Origin: Candidatus Woesearchaeota archaeon CG10_big_fil_rev_8_21_14_0_10_32_9
Lineage (GTDB): Archaea > Nanobdellota > Nanobdellia > Woesearchaeales > 21-14-0-10-32-9
Direction: 5' to 3'
DNA length: 56,260 bases
Assembly (NCBI GenBank): GCA_002762915.1
Contig: PCYF01000001.1
Span: 1 to 56,260, forward strand
The notes beneath the pieces are model-generated. The model saw only the letters and a program-made list of their open reading frames with translations. It searched no databases and was not told where the DNA came from. A program made the position numbers and the translations under genes. Below are positions 27,636 to 37,744 of this stretch, in pieces (the first letter of the stretch is position 1; every line of letters begins with the position of its first letter).

Positions 27636-28694
27636 ATGGTTCAAGAATTATCTGCGGTTGATGTACATTTTCTTTCTAAGGAGTTTAAATCTTTAATTTC
27701 CGCTAAAATAGAAAAAATATACCAGGTTGAAAACACCATATATTTTCGATTTTATTCTAAATCTGGTAAAGTAACACTTAAAGCAGTTATTCCTGGCTTT
27801 TTATCCTTTTCTAAGGAAGATTTTGATGCGCCTGATTTTCCGCCCGCATTTTGTGCTCTACTTAGAAAACATCTTTCTGGTGCGTTTGTTAGAGATGTGT
27901 ATCAACAGGGATTTGAAAGAATTTTGGTTTTTGACATTTCTTCTAAAGAATTAGAATTTCTTTTAATTTTCGAATTATTTAAACCTGGAAATGTTGTTCT
28001 TGTTAAAAAACCAAATACAATATTGGATTCTTTCTTAAGGAAACGGTTTAAAGACAGACTTATTGCTCCAAAGAAAGATTATTTTTTCCCTCCTTCACAG
28101 GCAGATTTTAATGTCTTATCTGAAAAAGAGTTTTTTACTTTAGTATCAGAATCAGATAGATCTCTTGTTAAAACATTGGCAAGTCTTGGTTTGGGAGGTC
28201 TTTGGGCGGAAGAGGTTTTAACTAGAGTGAAAATTAGCAAAACCGCTAAAGTAACTATTGAAGAGGCTTCTTTAATTATGAGAGCATTAAGAAATTTGTT
28301 GAGCGAACAGACGTCGCCTTATTTGGTTGAAAGCAGAGTGTTTCCTGTTAAAATGGATTCATTACAAGGAAAATCCTTGGCCTGTTCTTTTTCTGAAGCA
28401 TTAGACAGACATGGTGAAGAAAAAGTAACAACCATTTTAGAGAAAAAGAGTAAATATATTTCATTGATTGAAATTCAAGAAAAAAGATTGCTAGAACTAG
28501 AAAAAGAAATTGTTGACAATCAAGCAAAAGGAGATTTTATTTACCAAAATTATGGTTCATTTAGCGAATTGTTAAAGAAGATTAAGGAACTTCGTACCTC
28601 TAATTCTTTGGATGAACTTGAAGAGTTATTAAAGAAAAATAGTAAATTTAAAGAATTAAATAAAAAAGAAAAGAAAATAGTGTTGGAATTCTAG
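27636..28694 (+). CDS. NFACT/Rqc2 family protein, N-terminal portion only
   Basis: LSAVDV, KIEKIYQ, FCALLRKHL, QQGFERIL, ELFKPGNVVL, GLGGLWAEE HhH and a coiled coil; no recognisable NFACT-R domain. Confidence 0.85.
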   Translation: MVQELSAVDVHFLSKEFKSLISAKIEKIYQVENTIYFRFYSKSGKVTLKAVIPGFLSFSKEDFDAPDFPPAFCALLRKHLSGAFVRDVYQQGFERILVFDISSKELEFLLIFELFKPGNVVLVKKPNTILDSFLRKRFKDRLIAPKKDYFFPPSQADFNVLSEKEFFTLVSESDRSLVKTLASLGLGGLWAEEVLTRVKISKTAKVTIEEASLIMRALRNLLSEQTSPYLVESRVFPVKMDSLQGKSLACSFSEALDRHGEEKVTTILEKKSKYISLIEIQEKRLLELEKEIVDNQAKGDFIYQNYGSFSELLKKIKELRTSNSLDELEELLKKNSKFKELNKKEKKIVLEF

Positions 28695-28873
28695 ATTACG
28701 TCGCCTAATGCTACGGTGTCGTTTTCATCCATTATTCCTTGTGTCGTTTCGGTCATTGCTGCAGTTTCGTTTAATGTTTCGTTATCTGTTTCGTTATCTG
28801 TTGTTCCTGCGCTACAACCACTAACTACTACCAAAATTAACACCAGAATTAGTATTAGTCCTAATATTTTCAT
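28691..28873 (-). CDS. Small putative lipoprotein/secreted glycopeptide
   Basis: MK + hydrophobic stretch + VSGC; NET x3 and NDT sequons; start overlaps the stop of the upstream ORF. Confidence 0.65.
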   Translation of the reverse strand: MKILGLILILVLILVVVSGCSAGTTDNETDNETLNETAAMTETTQGIMDENDTVALGDVI

Positions 28874-30051
28874 TGTCCGTTGCCTCCATTTCCTGGTAAG
28901 TTATATCCATTATAACCCGCAGGTCTTTGTCCATTTCCATTACCATTGAAAGACATAGCCATTGCTCTGCTTCGTGCATCTCCTACAACATCTTGTCTTA
29001 TTTGCTGTCTCTTTTGTTCTTCAAAGAATTTTAGTCTTTCTTTTATGCTTTCTCTTTGATTTGATATTATTTCTTTGGTAAGTTCTATTTCTTTTTTCTT
29101 AGCTTCGTTTATTAGTTCAATTCTTTGTTTTCTTTCTTCAAATGCTTTCTCTTGCAATTTTATTTTCACTTCAGCTTTTTGTTCCTGGTTTAAAGAATTG
29201 TATTCTGTTCTAATCTTTGCTTTTATCTGTGCAGGGTCTATTTCTCCAGCTTTGATTTTTTGAACAAGTGCTTGATTATTCATACCCATTCTTTCCATTG
29301 CTTTCTGAGTTACTTCTGCATTGTGTTCTTTTAATTGTAGTTTTATTTGTTTTTCAATCATCTCTGCTGCTTTCTTTTCTATTTCTAGGAATCTTAGTCT
29401 AAGCTTTAACTTATCTTCTTCAGAAAGTATTTTATTCGATTCTTCTCTGAATGCTGAAGTTAATTCTTGTCCTTGTTTTTTCCAAGAAATGAATTGATCT
29501 ATGTTAGTTTGTGCTTCATATTGCGAAGGATCGTATGCTTTTACTTCTTCTGCTAAGGATGTTACACTATCCATGATTTCTTTTAATGTAGATACGTCTT
29601 CATCAGGGTAGGTTGTTGTTATATAGTTCATTACAGCATTTGCTTTTGCAAAGTTTACTCTTGCAGCTCTCTCCAGCTGAAGCATTCTTACTTTTGCGCC
29701 TGTGAACTCATTCATTACTCTTAGTTCTCTTGTTGTATCATCTGAAATAAGTGCTAAATCTTCTTCTGAAGCGCCTTCTATTTCTGTTTCGTATGTTTCT
29801 TCATAATCTGCTTCTGTTGATTCAACATATACTTCAGCAGTTAGGGTATCGTCTTGATCCTCAAGAGTAGTTATGTCTTCAATCACAACAAAGTCTTCGG
29901 TTTCTAGTTCATCTTCAATTTCGATTTCTTCTTCATCTTCGATTTCAGTTGTGTCTTCAGGTTCTTCAGTATCATTATCTTCTGCTAGTGCAAAAGAGAC
30001 TGTAGAAATCATGAAAACAAGCAACATTAATATTGCTAAAATTTTTTTCAT
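28870..30051 (-). CDS. Secreted acidic, coiled-coil protein
   Basis: Signal peptide MKKILAIL...SFALA; D/E-rich N-terminus; helical C-terminus; SD GAGGTG. Confidence 0.8.
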   Translation of the reverse strand: MKKILAILMLLVFMISTVSFALAEDNDTEEPEDTTEIEDEEEIEIEDELETEDFVVIEDITTLEDQDDTLTAEVYVESTEADYEETYETEIEGASEEDLALISDDTTRELRVMNEFTGAKVRMLQLERAARVNFAKANAVMNYITTTYPDEDVSTLKEIMDSVTSLAEEVKAYDPSQYEAQTNIDQFISWKKQGQELTSAFREESNKILSEEDKLKLRLRFLEIEKKAAEMIEKQIKLQLKEHNAEVTQKAMERMGMNNQALVQKIKAGEIDPAQIKAKIRTEYNSLNQEQKAEVKIKLQEKAFEERKQRIELINEAKKKEIELTKEIISNQRESIKERLKFFEEQKRQQIRQDVVGDARSRAMAMSFNGNGNGQRPAGYNGYNLPGNGGNGQ

Positions 30052-30151
30052 TAATTTACACCTCTATGATTTTATCTATTTTCGTAAAGCTATCTTTATA
30101 AACTTTTCTTCTATGACTAAATTTTTATACTAAGTTGTTTTCTCTTATTGT

Positions 30152-31042
30152 ATGAATTTTTTAAAAAGGTATTCTGCGTTAGGGGGTTCATTTAATCCAA
30201 AAGATGTTGTTATAAAAAAATCATTAAGGGTTAATACTTTAAAAATTCAGTCGCAGGAACTAATTAAACGGTTCAAAAAGAAAAAAATTGTTTTAGAGAA
30301 GATTCCATTTCTAAAACAAGGTTACAATTATGAGTCTGAATTTTCATTAGGAAGCACTCCTGAATATTTGCAAGGGTTTTATTATTTACAAGAGGCTGCG
30401 AGTCAAGTGCCTGTTCAAGTTCTTAATCCTTCTGAAAAAGATTTAGTTTTAGATATGGCTGCTAGTCCTGGAAGCAAAACTACTCAAATTTCCCAATTTA
30501 TGAATAATAAGGGTGCAGTTATTGCTTTAGATACTGATCATAAGCGTCTTAGAAGTTTAATTAATAATTTAGAACGTCTTTCAATAAAGAATGTGTTGGT
30601 TTACAAGAAGGATGCGAGATTTATTAGAGATTTTAATTTGAAGTTTGATAAAATTTTACTTGATGCACCCTGTTCTGGAAATTTTTGTGTTGAGCCCAAT
30701 TATTTTTCTAAACGTTCTTTGCTCGATATTCAGCAAAGATCAAGATTACAGAAAGAATTGTTGCATGCAGGTTTAGATGTATTAAAGGAATCAGGTGTTC
30801 TTGTTTATAGTACTTGCTCATTGGAGCCAGAAGAAAATGAGTTAGTTGTTGATCAAATTCTTAAGGAAAGAGAGGATGTTATTTTAGAGTCGACAGATTT
30901 ATCTGTTGGTGTTGAGGGGGTTACAATTGTCTTCGGAGAAGAATTAGATCCTTCTTTGAAGAACACGAGAAGATTCTGGCCACACAAAACTGGAACAGAA
31001 GGTTTTTATATTGCAAAATTCAGAAAGATAAATAATGATTAA
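30152..31042 (+). CDS. RsmB/NOL1/NOP2 RNA m5C methyltransferase
   Basis: LQEAAS, DMAASPGSKT, LLDAPCSG, YSTCS, EENE. Confidence 0.95.
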   Translation: MNFLKRYSALGGSFNPKDVVIKKSLRVNTLKIQSQELIKRFKKKKIVLEKIPFLKQGYNYESEFSLGSTPEYLQGFYYLQEAASQVPVQVLNPSEKDLVLDMAASPGSKTTQISQFMNNKGAVIALDTDHKRLRSLINNLERLSIKNVLVYKKDARFIRDFNLKFDKILLDAPCSGNFCVEPNYFSKRSLLDIQQRSRLQKELLHAGLDVLKESGVLVYSTCSLEPEENELVVDQILKEREDVILESTDLSVGVEGVTIVFGEELDPSLKNTRRFWPHKTGTEGFYIAKFRKINND

Positions 31043-31523
31043 AATTTTTGCGTTCATCATTAGTTTGTTAGGGTCAATAATTGTATATCTTTTAGCTTCT
31101 TATTTCTTATTGGATCAGATTAACTTTTTCAGGGCCATTTTAGGTTTGATTGTTTTAATAATACTTATAGTTATTTTGAGAACTATTTTTACTAAGGAAA
31201 GACCTGATGCACATTTGATTAAAAAAAGATTTAGTCATTTGTCTCATGCAAAATTAAGCTTTATTACTCACAAATTAGAGGAACTTAATAAAAGAAAATT
31301 TGCCAGCGGCCACGTTGCAAGGGTTCTTCTCTTTGGACTTATTTATTATTCAATGGTTCCAGAATTTTATTATTTAATTGGAATTATTTTAGTATCCATC
31401 ATTGTAGGGTTCTCGAGAGTTATTTTGAAAAAGCACACTAAAGTAGACATACTTTTCGGTTTAATTGTCGGAGTTGTTTCATTTTTCTTATCAGAATACA
31501 TAAGTTTACTGATTTTTTCCTAA
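31035..31523 (+). CDS. PAP2 family membrane phosphatase
   Basis: RP, FASGH and SRVILKKH...D motifs. Confidence 0.8.
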   Translation: MIKIFAFIISLLGSIIVYLLASYFLLDQINFFRAILGLIVLIILIVILRTIFTKERPDAHLIKKRFSHLSHAKLSFITHKLEELNKRKFASGHVARVLLFGLIYYSMVPEFYYLIGIILVSIIVGFSRVILKKHTKVDILFGLIVGVVSFFLSEYISLLIFS

Positions 31524-31588
31524 ATTTTCCGCTTTTTCTATAGTTATTGATTTTAATTAAATAAAATTTTTAGTTTTTGGTGATATAA

Positions 31589-31792
31589 ATGGGTTTAACC
31601 AATAAGAAAGAAGAACAACTAAGGCAGATGCCGGTGATAACATCTAGAGTGGCTAGAAGCAAGGATGGAAAATTCTTGATTCATAAGACCGAGATTGTGA
31701 CTATTCGTCCTATGGCCTATTATGAGGCTGTTTTAAACAATAGTCAAGATGTTCAGCAAGAATTGGATCAGGAAATCTTTCAAGAGAATTAA
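31589..31792 (+). CDS. Small hypothetical protein
   Basis: GGTGA SD; 67 aa; T-rich tract downstream. Confidence 0.65.
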   Translation: MGLTNKKEEQLRQMPVITSRVARSKDGKFLIHKTEIVTIRPMAYYEAVLNNSQDVQQELDQEIFQEN

Positions 31793-31839
31793 GATTAACT
31801 ATTTTTTATTTTTTTTAAGTATTTTTTAGAAAAATAAGG

Positions 31840-31954
31840 AGGACAGCTTTTCGGCCTTCCCGCCCATGAAGGCAGTACTTCTCCGAAACGCGGGCGCGCT
31901 TGACTTCTGTGTTCGAAATGGGAACAGGTAGGACCACGCCGCTTTGACCGTCCA
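31840..31954 (-). rRNA. rrf: 5S rRNA
   Basis: Minus strand reads GGACGGTCAAAGCGGC...CCCATTTCGAACACAGAAGTCAAGC...AGTACTG...GGGAA...GCTGTCC; the ends pair as helix I; TTTATAAA box at 31977-31984. Confidence 0.93.
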
Positions 31955-32102
31955 AATAAACAGGAAAGAAATTTGATTTATAAAGGTTTCCATAATTTTT
32001 AGCGAATTTAAGCGATAAATATAAATAGCATTTCCGAAGAGGCACAGTGGGCGGGAGTGAATTTGAATAATCTGCTCGAGGTTAATATTTCCAAAAATTA
32101 AA

Positions 32103-32753
32103 ATGTTCAAAACAGAAAAATATTACGTACTTAAACACTGCCCTAAGGTTAAATCTATTTTAGAAATAGGTTTCGGGGATGGGAATTTATCTTATAATTT
32201 AGCTAAAAAATACCCTGCAGTGCACATTACTGCTATAGATGGAGACAAAGAGTATTATGCACTTGCTAATAAGATTAATTCTCATAAAAGAATAATTTAT
32301 GTTTGCTCTAATTTTGAAAATTTTAAAAGTAAAAATGTTTTTGATGTAATTATTGCGTCAGAAGTAATTGAACATTTATCTAATATAGATGCGTTCATGA
32401 AATTTATATCTAAGCATTCACATAAAGGAACTATTTTGATTCTTACTAGTGATAATGCACATTATCTGGGTTTTTTACTTGAATCTTTCAAGTCTATGTT
32501 TATAAAGAAATTTAATCTTTATATTTGGAGAAATCAGGCAGGAAAGTATTATTCTTGGAATAAACATTATTATAATTGGACAATAAATACTTTGGGCACA
32601 ATTCTTCATATGTATAATTTTACGCCTTTTCAGTATTATTATAGTCAACACGGTTTTGTGAAAGGAATACTAAATTTTTTATTAGACTTTGTATCCTTTT
32701 TTGTTCCTTTTTTTAGGAGAAAAATAGTCATCTTTGGGATTCAAAAAAAGTAA
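32103..32753 (+). CDS. Class I SAM-dependent methyltransferase
   Basis: ILEIGFGDG, FDVIIASEVIEHL. Confidence 0.88.
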   Translation: MFKTEKYYVLKHCPKVKSILEIGFGDGNLSYNLAKKYPAVHITAIDGDKEYYALANKINSHKRIIYVCSNFENFKSKNVFDVIIASEVIEHLSNIDAFMKFISKHSHKGTILILTSDNAHYLGFLLESFKSMFIKKFNLYIWRNQAGKYYSWNKHYYNWTINTLGTILHMYNFTPFQYYYSQHGFVKGILNFLLDFVSFFVPFFRRKIVIFGIQKK

Positions 32754-33043
32754 TTTTTTATGCCTAAAAAATGAGGTAAGATTAATTACACGATTTATAA
32801 TATCTCTTTTTTGTTTACTCTGAAACAGCGCGTATTTTATCTGCGCTGAAAATTTGTTTTAGTATGTAGTAGAAACAAAAAATGCTAAATTTTTGAATTT
32901 GTTTCTAATGGGTGCTGCGTTATATGTGTCTCTCAAGAAATTATTTTTAAAGTGTCAACTATTTATTTTCTATATGGAAAATAAGTATTTTTTCTCAAAT
33001 AGTATTGCAAAACGTTTAAATAATTTCAAATATACTTTAGTGC

Positions 33044-34555
33044 GTGGTAGATTATACTAAAAGGGGGCTTCAAAGTTTTTTAGCGCTATTTGTACTTTCA
33101 GTTTTAGGTGTAGGAGTAGGATATATTTTCAGATTTGTTCTTGCAAGAAACTTATCCGTACAAGACTATGGCATATTTTATGCAGCATATGCATTGCTCT
33201 CAGTTCCATTTTTGTTTAGAGACTTAGGTTTAGGACAAGCTCTAACAAAATTTGTTCCGGAATTCTTGCACAGAAATGAAATGAGCTCTCTACGTTTTGT
33301 CATATTCTATTCATTCAAGTGGACAATTTTTTTCTCATCGCTCGTGGCAATCTTCACAATTTTACTATCGAATACAATTTCCACAGAATACTTAAATTTT
33401 AAAAGTGTTTACTTCTTTGTTATTCTGCTTGTATTAGTTTTCTTTTTACAATGTGTAGAAGGATTTTTATTGTACCTTTTTATTTCATTTCAAAAACACA
33501 CACATTATGCAGTCTATCAGTTTCTTAAACAATTATTTTTAACAATATTCGTTGTAATATTATTCTATTTTGTAGAAAAAAACCTAAATTTGGTGGCAAC
33601 AGCATACGTTGCAACAAGTTTACTGATGTTGTTCGTTTTTACAGCGATATTAAAATATAAAGTAATTCCGAATACAAAAAAAATTAAATCAATTTCTGAT
33701 TTAAAAAAAACAAAAATAAAAAAAGATCTTTGGAAATTTGGTTTTTCAGTTATGTTCATTTCAATAGGCGGTCTTCTCTTACAATATTCAGATACAATAA
33801 TGTTAACTTTTTTTAAATCGACAACAGAAACAGGCATTTACAACGCAGCAGTACCAATATCTAATCTGTTATTATTTCTAGGCATCTCTTTATCATTAGT
33901 TTTAGTGCCTATGATATCTGAGTTATACTCTAAAAAACTCTTTTCACACATAAATCAAGCAATAACTTTAATTTATAAATATTCCTTGCTAATTATACTT
34001 CCAATAGGTCTTGCAATGTTTGTTTACTCAGAATTAATCCTGAGTCTTTTTTTTGGACAAGAATACATACCTGCAGCAAATGCTCTTAAATTTTTAGTCT
34101 TTGGAGCAATGTTCTTTGTTATTGCTCAAACTAATTTCAGTATTTTATCAGGTTCAGGAAAACCTCAAATTGTTGCAAAATATGTATTAATCGGAGCATC
34201 ATCTAATATACTTTTAAACTTTTTACTAATACCTCCTTTAGGAATTCTCGGGGCAGCAATAACTACCATGCTGGGATATTTGCTTATGCTGGTTTTGAGC
34301 ACCAAACACTTAAGAAAACTGTTCAAATTCAAGTTCCCACTTGCGCAATTGGTAAAAAGCATATTCCTATCAATTTTATTCATATTATTAGTGAATTTAT
34401 TAAAAAAAATAATTGTTATGAATCCATATATTGAAGCAATTATTGTATTGTGTATTTCGGGAGCAATTTATTTAGTTGTTGCGTATTTGCTAAAATTAAT
34501 AGATTTTAAAGAGATAAAAGAACTAATTTCTAAAGTGGTGGCCAAAAATGAATAG
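33044..34555 (+). CDS. Wzx-type oligosaccharide flippase (MOP superfamily)
   Basis: Many TM segments; ARNLSVQDYG, DLGLGQALTKF, DTIML...GIYNAA, LIPPLGILGAA. Confidence 0.9.
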   Translation: MVDYTKRGLQSFLALFVLSVLGVGVGYIFRFVLARNLSVQDYGIFYAAYALLSVPFLFRDLGLGQALTKFVPEFLHRNEMSSLRFVIFYSFKWTIFFSSLVAIFTILLSNTISTEYLNFKSVYFFVILLVLVFFLQCVEGFLLYLFISFQKHTHYAVYQFLKQLFLTIFVVILFYFVEKNLNLVATAYVATSLLMLFVFTAILKYKVIPNTKKIKSISDLKKTKIKKDLWKFGFSVMFISIGGLLLQYSDTIMLTFFKSTTETGIYNAAVPISNLLLFLGISLSLVLVPMISELYSKKLFSHINQAITLIYKYSLLIILPIGLAMFVYSELILSLFFGQEYIPAANALKFLVFGAMFFVIAQTNFSILSGSGKPQIVAKYVLIGASSNILLNFLLIPPLGILGAAITTMLGYLLMLVLSTKHLRKLFKFKFPLAQLVKSIFLSILFILLVNLLKKIIVMNPYIEAIIVLCISGAIYLVVAYLLKLIDFKEIKELISKVVAKNE

Positions 34556-35339
34556 CGTTTTTAGAGAAAAGACTTGGATAGAACACAGACACTTGTTGAA
34601 TCCTTCTAAATTCAAAGAGTATGAGTTGCATGCTGCAGGCTTAGGATTTCTCAATAGCGTGAATTTTTTAAAGGATTATAAAGAAAAATTTACACATATA
34701 GATGCTTTGACTCAGGAAGTATTATCTTCATTGAAAAAGAAAACAACTATTATCTTAGTAAGAAAAAGTATGTCTGAAGAGGAAAAAAAATTATTGGAAA
34801 ATAATAATTTTAAACTAAAACGAACATGGGGGACGCTGATTTTAGAGCCTAGTAAAGAAATAAATTTAGATTCAAATACTTCAAAAAATATACGTAAATC
34901 AGAAAAAAGATTAGATTTTCTAAAAATAGATTCTGAGAGTGATTTTAAAGAGTATTATGACTTATTCAAAGAATCAAGAAAAGAATTAGGATTCAAAACT
35001 CCTTCATATAAATACTTTTTAGAAGTTAAAAAAAATAAATATTACTTAGCTTTCGCAGTTAAATCTAAAGAAACCAATAAAATTGTGGCAGGAATAGCTA
35101 CAATTCATAATGAAAATTACTTGCTTGAAATTAACGCCGCAAGAGATAAGAAACACTATTATGCAAATGATTACTTAAAATGGAAAATAATTGAATACTG
35201 CAAATTACAAGGTATTAAGTATTATGACTTTGCAGGATGCAATCCTGATCCAAAAGAAGGCACAAAAGATTTTAATATAAAAAGATTTAAAGAGAAGTGG
35301 GGGGGAGATTTTTACTATGAGTATACCTACAAAAGATAA
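34548..35339 (+). CDS. FemAB/FemX-like GNAT protein
   Basis: NIRKSEK, NDYLKWKIIEY, YYDFAG, RFKEKWGG. Confidence 0.8.
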   Translation: MNSVFREKTWIEHRHLLNPSKFKEYELHAAGLGFLNSVNFLKDYKEKFTHIDALTQEVLSSLKKKTTIILVRKSMSEEEKKLLENNNFKLKRTWGTLILEPSKEINLDSNTSKNIRKSEKRLDFLKIDSESDFKEYYDLFKESRKELGFKTPSYKYFLEVKKNKYYLAFAVKSKETNKIVAGIATIHNENYLLEINAARDKKHYYANDYLKWKIIEYCKLQGIKYYDFAGCNPDPKEGTKDFNIKRFKEKWGGDFYYEYTYKR

Positions 35340-35892
35340 AGTTATGGAATCACAATATCATGGACAAAAGAATTATAGGTCTAAAATTCATGAAAAGGTA
35401 TTTTTTGAAGCAATTAAACATTTAAATTTTAAAGGAACAACCGTGTTGGATGTTGGGGCAGGTAATGGCTGGTGCGGCAAAGAATTTAAGAGGAGAAATG
35501 CAAAAAAAGTTATTCTGACAGATATAATGCCTCTGAATAAAGAAATCCTTAAAATGGATATGACTCAACTCAAGTTTAAAGACGAAACATTTGATTTTGT
35601 TAATTGTCATGGAAGCTTACACCATGTTAAACATCCAACGCGTGCTCTCAAAGAACTTTCAAGAGTTTTAAAACCCCAAGGAATATTAATTTTGACTGGA
35701 GAAGCAATTCTTGAGGGAAGTTGGATAAAAACACATTTTAACAGATATTTTCAATATATTTACTTAAGGTTTAATAATCCTGAAGAATGGAAAGCAGGAG
35801 GCAGAAATTATTTAGCTAATGAGTATGTTTCATGGTGTGCTTCGGCCAATTTAAAAAAAATAAAAGAAGGAATTTATAAAAAAAATGAATAA
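35317..35892 (+). CDS. Class I SAM-dependent methyltransferase
   Basis: VLDVGAGNG, FDFV, LHHV, RVLKPQG; start may be 35344. Confidence 0.88.
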   Translation: MSIPTKDKVMESQYHGQKNYRSKIHEKVFFEAIKHLNFKGTTVLDVGAGNGWCGKEFKRRNAKKVILTDIMPLNKEILKMDMTQLKFKDETFDFVNCHGSLHHVKHPTRALKELSRVLKPQGILILTGEAILEGSWIKTHFNRYFQYIYLRFNNPEEWKAGGRNYLANEYVSWCASANLKKIKEGIYKKNE

Positions 35893-37102
35893 AAATTTGG
35901 TTTTATTTCCACCGCTTCCAAATAGAATAAAAGTTATTTTTACAAAGTCATATTGGAACTTTTTAAAAATAAGTGCAATATATCTGGAGCGAAATTTAGA
36001 TGTTAAATTCGCAGATTTATTAAAAACTAGTTGTGGCATACACAACCCTGTTTTTTTGGATAGTGCTTCAAGTGCAATAGTATTAGCATTAAATGATATT
36101 GATCTCTCTAAAGGCGACGAAGTTATTATTCCCTCTTTTGTATGTAAAGCAGTAATACATAGCGTTTTAGTCGCAGGAGGAACGCCGGTTTTTGCAGATA
36201 TAGGCAAAGATTTTAATTTAAGTTCAGACTCTGTAAAAAAAGCCATTTCTAGCAAAACAAAAGCAGTCATTGCAGTTCATCAATATGGTAAGCTTTGTAG
36301 AATAGATGAAATTAAAAAATTATGCGTCGACAAAAAAATATTTTTAATTGAAGACGCGGCAGTTCCAATAGGATTAAAACACAAAAATTTGCCTGTAGGT
36401 TCTTTTGGAGATTATTCCGTATTTAGTTTTAATATGGGCAAAACAATTGTTTCTATGGGTGGAGGCATTCTAGTATCTAATAAAAAAGAATTTAACCTTC
36501 CACAACTCCGCAATAAGCTCGCTATCAAAAAATATGTATTTTTCTTAACAAATATCTATTTCAAAAAATTTTTTGTAGTATTTTTTATCCCTTTAAGTAA
36601 ATTAGGTATAATAAAAAGAGAAGAGAACATAAAAGAACTTTATTCAAAAACAAATTTGCAAAAGATATCCATAAAACCCTCAAAAATGCACAGATTGCAA
36701 AAAGCTTTAACAGTATTTCAATTAAGAAATCTGGAGAATATTAATGAATCAACTCAGTTGATTGCTAAAACATATATTCAAGAACTCAAAACTGTTAAAC
36801 AAATAGAATTGCCTAATTCATCCGGAAATCAATTCACAATATTTCCAATTAAAACTAATGACAGATATTCATTATCTGTATTTTTAAGTAAACACGGAAT
36901 TGAAACTCAGTGGACATTTTATCCTCTTCATTTACAGAACAAATTTTCTAAATACTCCAAAAAATCTGTTTCACTAAAGAATACTGAACTTCTTTGGAAA
37001 CAAGAACTTTCTTTACCAATTGGACCAACAATGACTAAAAAACAGGCTGAATACGTGTGCAAAAAAATAAAAGAGTTTTATACTGATGAAAAAAGAGTAT
37101 AG
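35885..37102 (+). CDS. DegT/DnrJ/EryC1/StrS sugar aminotransferase
   Basis: GDEVIIP, VHQYG, IEDAA, SFNMGKT (PLP lysine), LSLPI. Confidence 0.9.
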   Translation: MNKNLVLFPPLPNRIKVIFTKSYWNFLKISAIYLERNLDVKFADLLKTSCGIHNPVFLDSASSAIVLALNDIDLSKGDEVIIPSFVCKAVIHSVLVAGGTPVFADIGKDFNLSSDSVKKAISSKTKAVIAVHQYGKLCRIDEIKKLCVDKKIFLIEDAAVPIGLKHKNLPVGSFGDYSVFSFNMGKTIVSMGGGILVSNKKEFNLPQLRNKLAIKKYVFFLTNIYFKKFFVVFFIPLSKLGIIKREENIKELYSKTNLQKISIKPSKMHRLQKALTVFQLRNLENINESTQLIAKTYIQELKTVKQIELPNSSGNQFTIFPIKTNDRYSLSVFLSKHGIETQWTFYPLHLQNKFSKYSKKSVSLKNTELLWKQELSLPIGPTMTKKQAEYVCKKIKEFYTDEKRV

Positions 37103-37742
37103 ATTAAAAACGAAGGAGTATTATGCTCAGCAAGCTAAAGTGTATTCTACCAAGACAGTTTCTTGGAGACTTCAACTTATAGACAAATATAACTCTAATG
37201 ATAAAAAAATAGTTGATTTAGGTTGCGGAACCGGAAATTATTTACTTGCTTTAAGAAATAAAAATGTTTCGGGAATAGATTTGTCAAAGGAAAGTATTGC
37301 AAAATTAAAATCAAGAAAAGAATATGAAGATTCTAAAAACAATATTAACTTGGTAGTTGGAGATTTGTGCAATTTACCTTTTAAAAGAGATGAGTTTGAT
37401 ATCTCTTTTTCATTCAGCACATTATATTATGTTAAGGAAATAGCTAAAGTTATAGGGGAGATAAGCAGAATAACAAAGAAAAATGGAGTTTCTATTTTAG
37501 AATTTGGCAACAAAATTTCTATTAATTCTTTTTGGGACAGAGTAATGTTTTCTGTTCCGCAATTTCATTGGAGTAAGAAATACATAAGATTCTTGATGGA
37601 AAAAAACGGTTTTGAAATACTAGAAATAAGATATAGAAATTTAATTCCAGACTTCTATAAATTATTCGACAAAAAGTTCATAAAAAATAGATTTTTACAA
37701 AAGTTTTGTTTTAGAATGATATTTATAATAAGAAAAAAATAA
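37086..37742 (+). CDS. Class I SAM-dependent methyltransferase
   Basis: VDLGCGTG, LPFKRDEFD. Confidence 0.88.
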   Translation: MKKEYRLKTKEYYAQQAKVYSTKTVSWRLQLIDKYNSNDKKIVDLGCGTGNYLLALRNKNVSGIDLSKESIAKLKSRKEYEDSKNNINLVVGDLCNLPFKRDEFDISFSFSTLYYVKEIAKVIGEISRITKKNGVSILEFGNKISINSFWDRVMFSVPQFHWSKKYIRFLMEKNGFEILEIRYRNLIPDFYKLFDKKFIKNRFLQKFCFRMIFIIRKK

Positions 37743-37744
37743 AT

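Noticed and set aside
31815..32110. ORFs 31815-32045 and 31826-32110 (minus strand)
   Set aside because: They run across the 5S rRNA gene, so they are spurious
32826..32907. Short inverted repeats in the gap before the flippase
   Set aside because: Stems are short or AT-rich, with no recognisable RNA family or MITE ends
32967..32979. TTCCATATAGAAA (minus strand), identical to 14944-14956 in oriC
   Set aside because: The spacer is one base too long for an ORB, there is no G-string, and the AT-rich match is plausible by chance
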